In this document: positions 29,505 through 39,845 of the stretch, piece after piece | Layout: each line of letters starts with the position of its first letter | Numbering within the stretch: position 1 is the first letter of the stretch | Source of the DNA: Hadesarchaea archaeon | Lineage (GTDB): Archaea; Hadarchaeota; Hadarchaeia; Hadarchaeales; Hadarchaeaceae | Length of the DNA: 64,000 nt | Direction: 5' to 3' | Assembly (NCBI GenBank): GCA_029259175.1 | Contig: JAPDJH010000018.1 | Coordinates: 1-64,000 of the forward strand | Notes under the pieces: model-generated | Database searches by the model: none | Seen by the model: the letters and a program-made list of their open reading frames with translations, nothing else | What the model was told of the DNA's origin: nothing | Program-made: the position numbers and the translations under genes

Positions 29505-30452
29505 ATGAAAACCACAGTGCTATGCATCGGAGACGCGAACATAGATGTGATTCTGCGGACTAGATTTCCTCCGCGCGGAAAACAGGTAGTCATCTCTGAT
29601 TATCAAGTCTACGGTGGAGGGTGCGCAACTAATTTTGCGCTGGCGTGTAGTCGTCTCGGAGCCTCGGTTCGATTAATAGGAAAAATCGGCAAAGATCACT
29701 GGGGAGCGTTTCTGATTGAAAAACTTCGGAAAAACAAGGTGGACGTCTCAGAGATGGTGATTTCAAAATACGTCAAGACTGGGGTGACCTTCGCAATAAT
29801 CGAGGACGAGGAGCGCTCTTTTATCACATTTCGCGGAGGAAATGCTTCTCTCTCCATCCAAGATATTCCGTTGAAAAAACTCATGGCGAACATTGTTCAC
29901 ATTCCTTCATTCTTTCTGGTCGAATCGTTGAGACCGCACTACGCCAAATTAATGAAGCTGGCTCGAAGCAGGGGCGCGATCGTCTCTTTCGATACGGGAT
30001 GGGACCCCTTTGGATTGTGGAGAAAAACGCCTCATTTGCTCAGAACAATCCAAAGTACCGATGTTTTTTTACCGAATCTCGACGAGGCCAGAAGAATAAC
30101 CGGGCGGATCTCCGAGGGACCAAAAAAACTTGCAAGACGCCTTCTAACGATGGGGCCAAAGATTGTTTGCATCAAGATGGGCTGTAGAGGCAGTGTGGTA
30201 GCAGAGGGGACACGCGTGTACAGAATTCCGGCGTTCTCGGTAGAAACTGTTGATTCCACTGGTGCCGGTGACGTGTATAATGCGGCATTCATGTTGGCCT
30301 ACTTCAAAACCCGTGATGTGTTGCGCTCTGCTCGTTTCGCGTCTGCGGCTGCAGCCATAAGTGTCACGGGGCCGGGATGGGAGCGGTACCCCTCCCGCTC
30401 GGATGTGAACGGGTTCTTGCGCACACACGGATATGCGCCTGTGGATCTGTGA
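29505..30452 (+). CDS. PfkB-family carbohydrate kinase
   Basis: GGGCATN, GKIGKD, PNLDE, VDSTGAGD. Confidence 0.9.
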   Translation: MKTTVLCIGDANIDVILRTRFPPRGKQVVISDYQVYGGGCATNFALACSRLGASVRLIGKIGKDHWGAFLIEKLRKNKVDVSEMVISKYVKTGVTFAIIEDEERSFITFRGGNASLSIQDIPLKKLMANIVHIPSFFLVESLRPHYAKLMKLARSRGAIVSFDTGWDPFGLWRKTPHLLRTIQSTDVFLPNLDEARRITGRISEGPKKLARRLLTMGPKIVCIKMGCRGSVVAEGTRVYRIPAFSVETVDSTGAGDVYNAAFMLAYFKTRDVLRSARFASAAAAISVTGPGWERYPSRSDVNGFLRTHGYAPVDL

Positions 30453-30529
30453 TTAACCAACATTTATAAACAAGTGAAAACGAAGAAATATGAAAGCCAG
30501 ATTCACGCTCACCCGTTCTGGCTATAAAG

Positions 30530-31729
30530 GTGTGTGGCACTTTGGAAGGAAAGAATCTCGTGGAAGAAGTGGCGGGTAAAAAAAGAGAAGAGATTAAAGA
30601 AGAACTCGTCGGCACTGTCAAATACCTAATCGAAGCGGATCTCCAAGTGAACGGTGTGGTGGAACGGCCGGACGTGGTGGGCGCCATTTTCGGACAGACC
30701 GAAGGGTTGCTCGGCGAGGATTTAGACCTCCGTGAGCTTCTGAAAGCGGGGAGAATCGGAAGAATCCAAGTTGAGCTGAAAACAGACAAAGGGCGGACCA
30801 CGGGCAAGATTCGTCTCCCTTCGAGCTTGGATCGATACGAAACCGCGATAATCGCTGCTGCTCTGGAAACGATTGAAAGGATCGGCCCTTGTGAGGCCAA
30901 GATCAGCGTAACAAAGATCCAAGATGTTAGGGAAGACAAGCGCCGGTTTATCGTGAAGCGGGCAAAGGAAATTCTAGAAAAGTTCGGACAAACGCTGCCG
31001 GAAACCCAAGAAATCACCGAGCGGGTGAAGGAAACAGTGAAAGCGGAGGACATAAAAGACTACCACGGGCTTCCAGCGGGGCCGGCACTAGAGGAATCCG
31101 ACGCCATAATAATCGTGGAAGGGCGTGCGGACGTGCTCAATCTTCTAAAAGCAGGAATTAAGAACACCATCGCTGTGGAGGGGACAAGCATCCCCCAACC
31201 GGTGATCGAGCTTACAAAAAACAAGACGGTTACCGCGTTCCTCGACAACGATAGGGGCGGCGATTTGATCCTTAAGGAGCTCATGCAGGTAGGCAAAGTA
31301 GACTACATCGCTCGTCCCCCTCCAGGGCGAAGTGTTGAAGAGCTCACAAGGAAGGAAATAATCAAGGCCTTGAAAAATAAGGTGCCGGTTGAAAAAGCGA
31401 TCAGCGAAAAAGCCGAGCGACGTGAGACGCGGCGCCCGAGCTTTTTAGAGATTTTGAAAAAACTGCAGGGAACTCTGAAAGCACAGCTCCTCGACGAGAA
31501 CTCTCAGGTTTTGGCCGAAATCCCGGTGCGCGAACTCCGTGAAAAACTTCGTGAAACGGAAAACGTCTGGGCGGTGGTCTTTGATGGCATAATCACCCCC
31601 GAGCTGGCCTCCATGGCTCAAGAAAAGAATGTCCGCTATTTGGTGGGGATGAGAAGCCGAACAGTTGGGGCTTCTGGAAAAGTCAAAGTGCTCACCATGA
31701 CGGATCTCACTCGTCGCAAAGGCCGCTAG
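30530..31729 (+). CDS. dnaG: Archaeal DnaG-like (TOPRIM) protein
   Basis: DVVGAIFGQTEGLLG, VEGRADV, DNDRGG. Confidence 0.95.
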   Translation: MCGTLEGKNLVEEVAGKKREEIKEELVGTVKYLIEADLQVNGVVERPDVVGAIFGQTEGLLGEDLDLRELLKAGRIGRIQVELKTDKGRTTGKIRLPSSLDRYETAIIAAALETIERIGPCEAKISVTKIQDVREDKRRFIVKRAKEILEKFGQTLPETQEITERVKETVKAEDIKDYHGLPAGPALEESDAIIIVEGRADVLNLLKAGIKNTIAVEGTSIPQPVIELTKNKTVTAFLDNDRGGDLILKELMQVGKVDYIARPPPGRSVEELTRKEIIKALKNKVPVEKAISEKAERRETRRPSFLEILKKLQGTLKAQLLDENSQVLAEIPVRELREKLRETENVWAVVFDGIITPELASMAQEKNVRYLVGMRSRTVGASGKVKVLTMTDLTRRKGR

Positions 31730-32187
31730 AGATCTCTCTCCATTGCGATGGCCGTTTCTCCGTCCTCGTAGTAGAACGGGACTTCGAAACGCTCGGCAAA
31801 TCCGAGTTTTCGATAAAAGTTTTGGGCCATCACATTGCTCTTTCGCACTTCCAGACGCGCGATTCTGGCCCCTTTGAGTTGAAATCTCTGCATGATCTCC
31901 TCCATGAGTTTTGACCCAATACCTCTTCCCTGATAAGGCGGATCAACGGCTATCGCGAGTATGTGCCCTGTCCTAAACCATTTGATCGCGCCTATCACAT
32001 ACCCTACCACCTTGTCTTCGACTTCCGCTACAAGGAACATGTCGGAGTAGAGAGAGCGGAGCCTGTACAGAAGCTCCAGCGGATAGGGGTCGGGAAAACA
32101 CTTGTACTCGATATCTAGCACTTCCTTTAAATCATCCTCGCGCGCTTCACGCACTAGACATGTAAACGACAGCATAGTAATCCTCAA
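31726..32187 (-). CDS. rimI: RimI/Ard1-like N-acetyltransferase
   Basis: IAVDPPYQGRGIG, LEVRKSN, FYRKLGF, YYEDGE. Confidence 0.88.
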   Translation of the reverse strand: MRITMLSFTCLVREAREDDLKEVLDIEYKCFPDPYPLELLYRLRSLYSDMFLVAEVEDKVVGYVIGAIKWFRTGHILAIAVDPPYQGRGIGSKLMEEIMQRFQLKGARIARLEVRKSNVMAQNFYRKLGFAERFEVPFYYEDGETAIAMERDL

Positions 32188-32223
32188 ATTATGTTAGCTC
32201 ATTTAATTCTTTTGAGGATATTC

Positions 32224-32637
32224 ATGAGCACCCCAAAAAAGCGTGGTACCAACTTCGAGTATCGGGTAGCGTACCTTTTTGAAGAATTCGGTTACGAGTG
32301 GGAACGCTCGGGCAGTTCGTTGGGAATTGACCTGAAAATATACTCAAAAGGTAGATTGAAATACCTGGTTAGCTGTAAAAAAACATCAAAACTCGCTCCT
32401 CTCTATATCTCCAAGTCAGAAATCGAGTCGCTGAAATTCAAAGCCAAAGAGATGCGAGCTAAAGCGTTGCTTTGCTTCGGATTTCGGCGGACCCCGATTC
32501 TGGCCTTTCCGGTTGACAAGATAACCAAGCTACCACAAAGTCGTCTTTTTTACAAACTGTTGCCTGAACACGGCACAGCATTAAAAAAAATGTTGGAGAG
32601 GGAGACTCACAGGACTGCAAAAGCTGGAGGACAGTAG
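32224..32637 (+). CDS. Holliday junction resolvase Hjc-like nuclease
   Basis: KKRGTNFEYRV, RSGSS.GIDL, VSCKK (PD-(D/E)xK variant). Confidence 0.68.
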   Translation: MSTPKKRGTNFEYRVAYLFEEFGYEWERSGSSLGIDLKIYSKGRLKYLVSCKKTSKLAPLYISKSEIESLKFKAKEMRAKALLCFGFRRTPILAFPVDKITKLPQSRLFYKLLPEHGTALKKMLERETHRTAKAGGQ

Positions 32638-33102
32638 ACTCCCGCTTCGGGATCGTCCCAAACAAGTCTTCCCGGAGCCGCGGCACTCTTCAGCTGGATC
32701 TACATTGGGTTTGTTCCCCAAGCACGAGCTCGGCACCCAGAGCAAGTTTCTCGACAAGCCATTGCTGAGTGCTGTCTCCTGGGAGAGCCTCGCCTCTCGA
32801 AGCGCCACTAGCAAGCTGGTGTTCTTGTTGGTACTGCCAACAAATGCTGGATCTCAAGCTGCATGGTTTGACCTATAGAATACACCGAATCCCTTCGACC
32901 TGCAGCGGTTTTTTGTTCACCACATGGCAACCAACAGATAGGAGAGAAACGGCTGACAACACCAAAACCGCTGCTACAATCTCAGAAATCACCTTCATCG
33001 TCTTCCTCTACAACACCAGACGATGCGCTAGTATCGAAAATGTTTAATCATGATTACACTAACCAGAAAAGAAAAAAATGAGAATGAAAACAAGTTTTCC
33101 AC

Positions 33103-33897
33103 GTGATACGGCCCATACCCAACACCCCCGCGCTACTGCTAGAATTTAAAAAGGAAAGGATCTTGGTGGTCGCCGATCTTCATCTAGGGATAGAGGGTGA
33201 GCTAGAAACCCAAGGCATCTCCCTTCCGAGCCAAGCTAACAAAACTTTGAAACGGCTCACCGAACTCATCTCGAAGTACCGGCCGAAACGACTGATCTTG
33301 CTAGGAGATGTGAAACACGGTGTGCCCGTCGCCTCGATGCATGAATGGCGAGAAATCCCATCATTTTTAGAACGGCTGTCTCGACGCGTGAGGGTGGAGA
33401 TTGTTCCCGGGAACCATGACGGAGACCTAGCAGGAATGATTCCGCCTGGGGTTCGGCTCCACGCAGCAAGAGGAATCGTGCTCGGAAAAAGAAAAAAAAT
33501 TGGTCTCGCCCACGGGCACGCTTGGCCAGCTCAAGAGGTCTTTCAAACTCACACACTGGTGATGGCGCACAACCATCCAGCGATCGAATTCCGAGATGCT
33601 CTCGGCGGCAGAGTAATCGAGCCAGTATGGCTAAAGCTGAACATCAGGTTGGAACGTTTGCCGTCCGAGATTCGACAGAACCTGCGTTCTTCTCCGCCCG
33701 AGCTTATAGTGATGCCTGCCTTTGGAGAGCTTGTGAGTGGTGCGCCGGTTAATCGCGTTATGCCAGAAGAACTGATTGGGCCGCTATTCAAATCGGGAGC
33801 GGCCGATCTCCAAGATGCAGAGGTCTACATGTTGGATGGCACGTATCTCGGTAAGGTGAAGATGTTGAGAAAGTTGCTCGAAAAACGTCCGAGGTGA
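33103..33897 (+). CDS. Calcineurin-like metallophosphoesterase
   Basis: ADLHLG, LGDVKH, GNHDG, HGH, AHNHP, MPAF. Confidence 0.9.
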   Translation: MIRPIPNTPALLLEFKKERILVVADLHLGIEGELETQGISLPSQANKTLKRLTELISKYRPKRLILLGDVKHGVPVASMHEWREIPSFLERLSRRVRVEIVPGNHDGDLAGMIPPGVRLHAARGIVLGKRKKIGLAHGHAWPAQEVFQTHTLVMAHNHPAIEFRDALGGRVIEPVWLKLNIRLERLPSEIRQNLRSSPPELIVMPAFGELVSGAPVNRVMPEELIGPLFKSGAADLQDAEVYMLDGTYLGKVKMLRKLLEKRPR

Positions 33898-33898
33898 A

Positions 33899-34648
33899 GT
33901 GGTGAGAAAATCCCTGGTGGCGAGCGCGGTAGTAATCCTGGCTGCTGTAATCTTAAGCGGAGCATTGGAGTGGGTTCCACATGAAAAAGAGTCAGAGCTC
34001 TATTATCCCGAGACCTCCGCGCCTCCTGTTCTTGAGTTTGAGTGGGGCCCTCCACCTCTCATCTTGGATCCCGAAAACTCCGAAATCTACTCCTGTGGCC
34101 ATCCCAGTGTGAACCCGGAGACGGGCGAGCTAAATCAGGAAATGTCGATCTTCTTTGTTCATAGGAGCCGTGACCCCATCTATGCTTTCTGTGATGGTGT
34201 GGTCACCTATCTCGTAGAGTGGGAAAACTTTGAGGATGCGGCTGAACCGGGGCTGGGAGGCGAGATATGGATAAGATACGGGAAAAATTATGCCATAGGA
34301 TATCGACACGTTGTCACTGCGGGGCTGAACCTTGCTAAGGGTATGATTGTTAAAACAGGCGATATAATAGGGTACGGAGCCGATTTGAAGCTCCAACACC
34401 CGGTGGAGAACAAGATAGAAAACGGTCAATTCTTCGAATTCGTTTTGGTCGAACGAGCGGATGGACATTATTACTATCTAAATCCGTTCTATTTCTTTGA
34501 CGATGAATCGCGAACAAAACTGGTAGAAATCTGGAACGCCGCTATTCGCAGAGAGGGAATGGAAAACACTCCTTGGGGAGAAAACCAGAAGTTCAGCAGT
34601 ATGGGAGGAAATCTTGAGATACCGTTCAAAGCTGGATTTGCTGATTAG
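33899..34648 (+). CDS. Secreted or membrane-anchored protein with M23-peptidase-like fold
   Basis: N-terminal hydrophobic segment; PIYAFCDGVV, YRHV, GMIVKTGDIIG, LNP; HxH motif absent. Confidence 0.55.
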   Translation: MVRKSLVASAVVILAAVILSGALEWVPHEKESELYYPETSAPPVLEFEWGPPPLILDPENSEIYSCGHPSVNPETGELNQEMSIFFVHRSRDPIYAFCDGVVTYLVEWENFEDAAEPGLGGEIWIRYGKNYAIGYRHVVTAGLNLAKGMIVKTGDIIGYGADLKLQHPVENKIENGQFFEFVLVERADGHYYYLNPFYFFDDESRTKLVEIWNAAIRREGMENTPWGENQKFSSMGGNLEIPFKAGFAD

Positions 34649-34685
34649 TATTTATAGGATAAAGATGTAGGCATCCGAGGGTGGA

Positions 34686-36056
34686 ATGAAGAAGAATGTG
34701 GTGATCATTGGAGCTGGACCAGCGGGGCTCTTCGCCGCCCGCGAATTATGCCAGAGATCCGATTTTTCCGTTACGGTTGTGGACTGGGGGCCAGATATCA
34801 AGGATCGCAAGTGTCCGGCCGTTGAGACCGGGACGTGTATTGGGTGTCGGCCCTGTAACATCATGTGTGGTTTGGGGGGTGCCGGAGGAATGTCTAGTGG
34901 AATTCTCAATCTGCGATACGACATCGGGGGAGATCTGAGTGAACTCGTCGGTAGTCGCGGTGCTGCGGATGCGCTGGTAAAAGAGGTGGATCAAATATTT
35001 TTGGAACATGGGGCGCCTCGGGAAGTTTCTGGAACCGATATCGACGGGATTGCGGAACTCAAACGAAAGGCAGCGGCAGCGGGGATTTCGTTCATCCCTA
35101 TCGTTCAGCGACACATCGGAAGCGAACACCTACCAGCCGTGATCACCTCATTTCGCCAATGGCTGGAAAAGCGCGGAGTCAGATTTTTGCTGAACACCAA
35201 AGTAAACCAGATCAAACCGGGAAGAGTGATAGCCAACGGTCGCCCCATTGATGCTGATTATATAATTGCTGCTCCGGGAAGAGTCGGTGCGAAGTGGTTT
35301 GCTGAGGAAGCCAAGCGGCTCAATGTGAAATTGCGGCACGGCCCCATCGACATTGGAGTGCGAGTTGAAATCCCCGCTGTAGTGTACGAGCCACTGGTGT
35401 CGATAAACCGAGATCCCAAGTTCCACATCCGCACCAAAACTTTCGATGATTTTGTCCGCACATTCTGTACGAATCCGAACGGGTACGTGATGGAAGAACG
35501 CTACGACGGGCACGTGGGAGTGAACGGCCACTCTTTGCGGGGGGTGAAATCGGAAAACACCAACTTTGCATTCTTGGTGAGGATAGAGCTGACGCAACCG
35601 GTTACTGATACAACTGCCTATGGGCGATCGATTGCGTATCTCGCAACGACCATTGGCGGAAACCAGCCCATATTGCAAAGACTGGGTGATTTACGCGCTG
35701 GTAGACGGTCCACATGGGAAAGAATTCGGAGAAGCCATGTTGAGCCGACTCTGAAAAGCGTGACACCGGGAGACATCTCCATGGCCTTGCCCGCGAGAAT
35801 AGTCACGGACATCCTTGAGGGCCTCGACATGCTGGACCGGGTGGCTCCAGGCGTAGCATCGGACTCCACCCTGCTCTACGCTCCAGAAGTAAAGTTCTAT
35901 GCGATGCGGATCGAGGTCAACGAATTGATGGAAACGAGCATGCCGGGGCTCTTCGTGGCGGGAGACGGCGCGGGTCTGTCCCGGGGCATAGTGACTGCGG
36001 CCGCGACCGGTCTGCTAGCAGCAAGAGGCGTGCTCAAAAAAGCAGGGCTAGCTTAA
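34686..36056 (+). CDS. FAD-dependent oxidoreductase/dehydrogenase
   Basis: IIGAGPAG, Cys cluster, VRTFCTNP, YAPEVKFY, AGDGAGLSRG. Confidence 0.88.
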   Translation: MKKNVVIIGAGPAGLFAARELCQRSDFSVTVVDWGPDIKDRKCPAVETGTCIGCRPCNIMCGLGGAGGMSSGILNLRYDIGGDLSELVGSRGAADALVKEVDQIFLEHGAPREVSGTDIDGIAELKRKAAAAGISFIPIVQRHIGSEHLPAVITSFRQWLEKRGVRFLLNTKVNQIKPGRVIANGRPIDADYIIAAPGRVGAKWFAEEAKRLNVKLRHGPIDIGVRVEIPAVVYEPLVSINRDPKFHIRTKTFDDFVRTFCTNPNGYVMEERYDGHVGVNGHSLRGVKSENTNFAFLVRIELTQPVTDTTAYGRSIAYLATTIGGNQPILQRLGDLRAGRRSTWERIRRSHVEPTLKSVTPGDISMALPARIVTDILEGLDMLDRVAPGVASDSTLLYAPEVKFYAMRIEVNELMETSMPGLFVAGDGAGLSRGIVTAAATGLLAARGVLKKAGLA

Positions 36057-38138
36057 GATCCGGTCGACCGAGTAGATTCTGGCATGAAGCTTTCCTTCTT
36101 GATTATAGAACTCAGCCGTTGCCTCGAACTTGGCACCGCGTCGAATGAGGTCTCTGGGGCCGGAGTACTCTTGGGGGATAAGCACAGAGCGCCACTTATT
36201 GTCGACAATCAGAATCGCTTTGCCCATCATGACCTTCTCAACCTCGAAAAGATAGCGCTTGGAGCCGAGAGTGCGACCAAGAGAACTTCCGGCTGGCATC
36301 AGTCGGTCGTCCTCTTTCACGATCTGTCCGCTGCCGAGAAGATTGTGAATCGCCCTCTCCACCACATCGGAAGGAACTCCATCATCGGCCATCTCCGAAA
36401 CAATTTGCTGAAAATCGGCTTCTCCATGTTCCAGAATCTTTCTATAAATGTGTCTCGAGGCACGAGCAATCTCACGATTCAACCGTCTGGTTCGAAAGCG
36501 CTCCTGATCCTCAAGTTCTGAAATACTTGGCATCTCGTCGGCGGGTGCGAGTTCTTCCGGTCTCATGGGGTTGGGTTTTGGAGGCTCGCCCAATCTAAGA
36601 ATGGGGTGAAGCTCCAGATTCAGTTTTCGGATTTCCCTTTTCATTCGCCTCAATTTGTGACGGCTGCTCCACAGGTAGGTTTCGTCCAAGGTCTTGCTGG
36701 CTGCAAGAATTACGACGCGGCCGAATCTCCGCCTTCCCGTGCGCCCCTTCCTCTGGATATAACGGATCTCGCTGGGAACTGGCTCATAAAATATGACGAG
36801 ATCCACCGAGGGGATGTCCAAGCCCTCCTCACCGACACTGGTGGCGACGAGAACTCTGATGTCGCCATCACGAAATCGCTCCAGAATGGCTGCCTGTTGC
36901 TCCTGTGACATGCCCGCTTCGCCCTCTTTGCTTGCTTGACCAACAAAACGCTCGGCCCGGATACCCTTCTCTTTCAATTTCTGGCAGAGGAGTCTCGAGG
37001 TCTCGCGGAAATGAGTGAAAACAATGACCCTAGAATCGGGGTTTCTGGCGAACTCCTCGGTGAGCACGCGCATGACTTTTTCCAGCTTTGGATGATCGAT
37101 GCCTTCTGTGCTCAAGATCTTTTCCAATAATCCGTTTTTCCGGAGTTCGGAGATCACCGACTTGTGGCTTCGCTTGGTACTGTGCAGCAAACGCTCGACG
37201 AATTTTTTGAGTGCAAACATTCCTTGGGTTTCTAGGAGTTCTAGTGCGTGAGAAAGGGTCATTGCCGATGCCTGCAGAAGCAAGATCCCAAACAGCTCTC
37301 CCCGTTTTTCTTGATCCAGCTGTCTGGCAATTTTTTCTCCCAGCTCTATCAAATCGCTCCTTCGAACGTAGCGCGGCTTTTTTCGGATAAACCCTGTCTC
37401 GACCAACGACGACAACCTCTGCTCCAAGATCTGTTTGATTCCTTCCCGGATCTGCTGGTACGCGGGCGGCAGTTCGACGTAAACCCATTCAACACCCACC
37501 GGGGCAAGATATGATCTAACATCGGAGTCTTCCTCCGTTCTGACTTCGATGTTTTCAATATACAAAGCCCTGCAGAGCTCCAAGATGCGGGAGCGCTCGG
37601 AGCCCGGACTCGCCGTCATGGCCAGAATCATCGGATAGGGAGACTCGCGTACGTACGCCTGTGCAACTTTGGTGTAGGCATAGTTTTTCCTAGCCCGGTG
37701 GCACTCATCAAAAACAAGCAGGCTGAAATCTGAGAGGCGGAGACCTCGCTCATGATCGTTTGCTACGACCTGTGGTGTGCAGAAGTAAAGTCTGGCCTGG
37801 CTGTTCCATGCGTTCATCCGATACTGGGGCGGATTTTTACCAGTAAGAACCACCACATCCGATGGGCGCAGTCTCAAAAATTTCAGAAATGTTTGCCAGT
37901 GCTGAAGAACCAGAGGGCGGGTGGGAGCCATCACGAGGACCTTCTTATCGGAGTAATTGTAGAGGAAATGAGCGGCGGTTATTACCGCGATGACGGTCTT
38001 TCCGAGAGCCGTGGGCAGAACCACCAACGTGTTCTTTTTGACAGCGTTGCATGCAATGCCGAGCTGGTAGTCTCTTCTTTCGATCAGATCGGTGCGCAAC
38101 AACGGATTATCGAGCAAGCTCTCTGGAGAGAAATTCAT
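36048..38138 (-). CDS. Hef/FANCM-like DEAH helicase lacking the ERCC4 nuclease domain
   Basis: PTALGKT, DECHRA, MTASPG, EEGLDIP, QRKGRTGR; no ERKx3D nuclease motif seen. Confidence 0.88.
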   Translation of the reverse strand: MNFSPESLLDNPLLRTDLIERRDYQLGIACNAVKKNTLVVLPTALGKTVIAVITAAHFLYNYSDKKVLVMAPTRPLVLQHWQTFLKFLRLRPSDVVVLTGKNPPQYRMNAWNSQARLYFCTPQVVANDHERGLRLSDFSLLVFDECHRARKNYAYTKVAQAYVRESPYPMILAMTASPGSERSRILELCRALYIENIEVRTEEDSDVRSYLAPVGVEWVYVELPPAYQQIREGIKQILEQRLSSLVETGFIRKKPRYVRRSDLIELGEKIARQLDQEKRGELFGILLLQASAMTLSHALELLETQGMFALKKFVERLLHSTKRSHKSVISELRKNGLLEKILSTEGIDHPKLEKVMRVLTEEFARNPDSRVIVFTHFRETSRLLCQKLKEKGIRAERFVGQASKEGEAGMSQEQQAAILERFRDGDIRVLVATSVGEEGLDIPSVDLVIFYEPVPSEIRYIQRKGRTGRRRFGRVVILAASKTLDETYLWSSRHKLRRMKREIRKLNLELHPILRLGEPPKPNPMRPEELAPADEMPSISELEDQERFRTRRLNREIARASRHIYRKILEHGEADFQQIVSEMADDGVPSDVVERAIHNLLGSGQIVKEDDRLMPAGSSLGRTLGSKRYLFEVEKVMMGKAILIVDNKWRSVLIPQEYSGPRDLIRRGAKFEATAEFYNQEGKLHARIYSVDRILS

Positions 38139-38167
38139 GTAAAATCACCGCAGCGCACAGGGGTTCG

Positions 38168-38503
38168 CTAGAGTTCGATGACGTCTGCCTTTCCCGGTTC
38201 GCCACGCTTTTGACTCGGTGGATTTATTTTTTCGAGGGTGCCCACCAAGTTGTCGAGCTTTTGATTTGTGAAGAGTTTTCGGTAGTTCTCCAGCTCAGCC
38301 AGGTTGCGTATCAATACTCCGCGTTTCTTGGTTGGATTGCCGTACGCATCGACCGGATTTATCTCTGCAGCCAGCTTGGATGGAGACCTACGGTACCCTG
38401 GAAGCTTCATTATGAATATGCCTGGAACAGATGTTGGTTTGCGCTCCCAGTCTTTACCACTTTCCAGAAATCTGCGCAACGACTGAACCAGTTTCTCCTC
38501 CAT
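38168..38503 (-). CDS. Hypothetical protein (resembles a conserved archaeal family)
   Basis: KDWERKPTSVPGIFIMKLP...EINPVD.GNPTKKRG; fits the gap upstream of the helicase. Confidence 0.75.
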   Translation of the reverse strand: MEEKLVQSLRRFLESGKDWERKPTSVPGIFIMKLPGYRRSPSKLAAEINPVDAYGNPTKKRGVLIRNLAELENYRKLFTNQKLDNLVGTLEKINPPSQKRGEPGKADVIEL

Positions 38504-38600
38504 TCAGTTCACCGCCATTCTCTACGGGGTTCTGAGATAAATAAGCGATGGCGAGGGACCATTTTTTATATCGTACTTCCAATATCTCCCCGGTCGTTAG

Positions 38601-39800
38601 ATGAAAAAAACAATCGTGGTTGTTCTATTCGGACTTTTGATGACGACGGGCGGGGCGCATGCCGACGAATGGCTTCAATACAAATTCGCTCCGACTCGCA
38701 ACGGATATTCGGAAGCAGGAATGCCAGAAACCCTCCAAATCGCTTGGAGTTTTAGGAAGGATGGATGGTTCTCATCCCCCGTTGTTGAAAAATTGTTGGT
38801 TTTCGTCGGATCGGAAGACGGGAAACTCCGAGCACTTTACGCGTATAATGGGAAGACAGCGTGGGAGCTAGAGGTCGGGGCGGAAGTCTATTCTCCCGCG
38901 CTTTTCGCAGGGCGCTTGTACTTCGGAGCCGCTGACGGGATGATTTACTGCGTGGACGCCGAGACTGGAGAGAATGTATGGAGATACCGCACTGGCGATG
39001 CGGTAAGGGCTTCTCCGCTCGTTGTTGACAACCGGGTGATAATCCCTTCTACTGACAACTGGCTGTACGTGCTCGACGCTTCCACTGGTGGGTTGCTGTG
39101 GAAGCTGGATCTCGGAAGCATGAGCACTTCTTCGCCAGCACTGTACGAGAACACCCTTTTTGTTCCCACGTGGGCGGGGAAGGTGTATGCATATGACCGC
39201 TCCCAATTCGGCCTGCGATGGGTGAAGCAACTGGGAGAGCCGGGTATGCTTGAAAACTATGCAATAGTAACCACCCCTGCTGTGGGAGATGGGATTCTCT
39301 ATGTAGGGTCTAATGATCGGAGAGTTTATGCGTTGACGGTGGATGGAGAAGTGGTGTGGTCATTCTCCGCAAACGAAAAGCCGAGCGATCCGGTTACGGA
39401 CAACCAGCGGGTATATTTCGGAACCCGGAGTGGCACGTTCTATGCGCTAAACGCGGAAACGGGTGAGCTCGTGTGGTCTGTGGACTGTGACGGGCCAATT
39501 CTTTCTTCCCCTACGGTTACGGACCAACATGTGGTCTTCGGCACGTCTAAAGGCAAGTTGTATGTGGTGGACAAACAAAATGGTCAAGTCATTGGAAGCA
39601 CCAAATTGGATTCGATCATCTCGGAGCCCGTGCTGGCCTACAACAAGATCTTTGTTGCTGGCGATGGTGTGCTCTACTGCTTGGGGAGCTGGGGGAAAAC
39701 GGGAGAAACCGGTGCTGAACAGGGTTGGATCTACTTGGGAATTGCCGCCCTGCTCTTTTTAATCCTTTTAGGGCTAAGCCGTGTGAAACCAGAACGATGA
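38601..39800 (+). CDS. Secreted PQQ-like (BamB-type) beta-propeller with C-terminal membrane anchor
   Basis: Signal peptide; repeated SSP...VYFG..DG.LYAL.A.TG...W blades; C-terminal TM. Confidence 0.88.
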   Translation: MKKTIVVVLFGLLMTTGGAHADEWLQYKFAPTRNGYSEAGMPETLQIAWSFRKDGWFSSPVVEKLLVFVGSEDGKLRALYAYNGKTAWELEVGAEVYSPALFAGRLYFGAADGMIYCVDAETGENVWRYRTGDAVRASPLVVDNRVIIPSTDNWLYVLDASTGGLLWKLDLGSMSTSSPALYENTLFVPTWAGKVYAYDRSQFGLRWVKQLGEPGMLENYAIVTTPAVGDGILYVGSNDRRVYALTVDGEVVWSFSANEKPSDPVTDNQRVYFGTRSGTFYALNAETGELVWSVDCDGPILSSPTVTDQHVVFGTSKGKLYVVDKQNGQVIGSTKLDSIISEPVLAYNKIFVAGDGVLYCLGSWGKTGETGAEQGWIYLGIAALLFLILLGLSRVKPER

Positions 39801-39805
39801 TAGAC

Positions 39806-39845
39806 TGACGGAGCCGCGAGGATTTGAACTCAACCTGCGGGTTTC
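39806..39845 (-). repeat. Degenerate copy of the tRNA-Trp 3' half (old att-like scar)
   Basis: tgacggagccgcgaggatttgaactcaacctgcgggtttc versus tggtggggccgccaggatttgaacccgggtttgcgggtctc at 46904. Confidence 0.6.
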
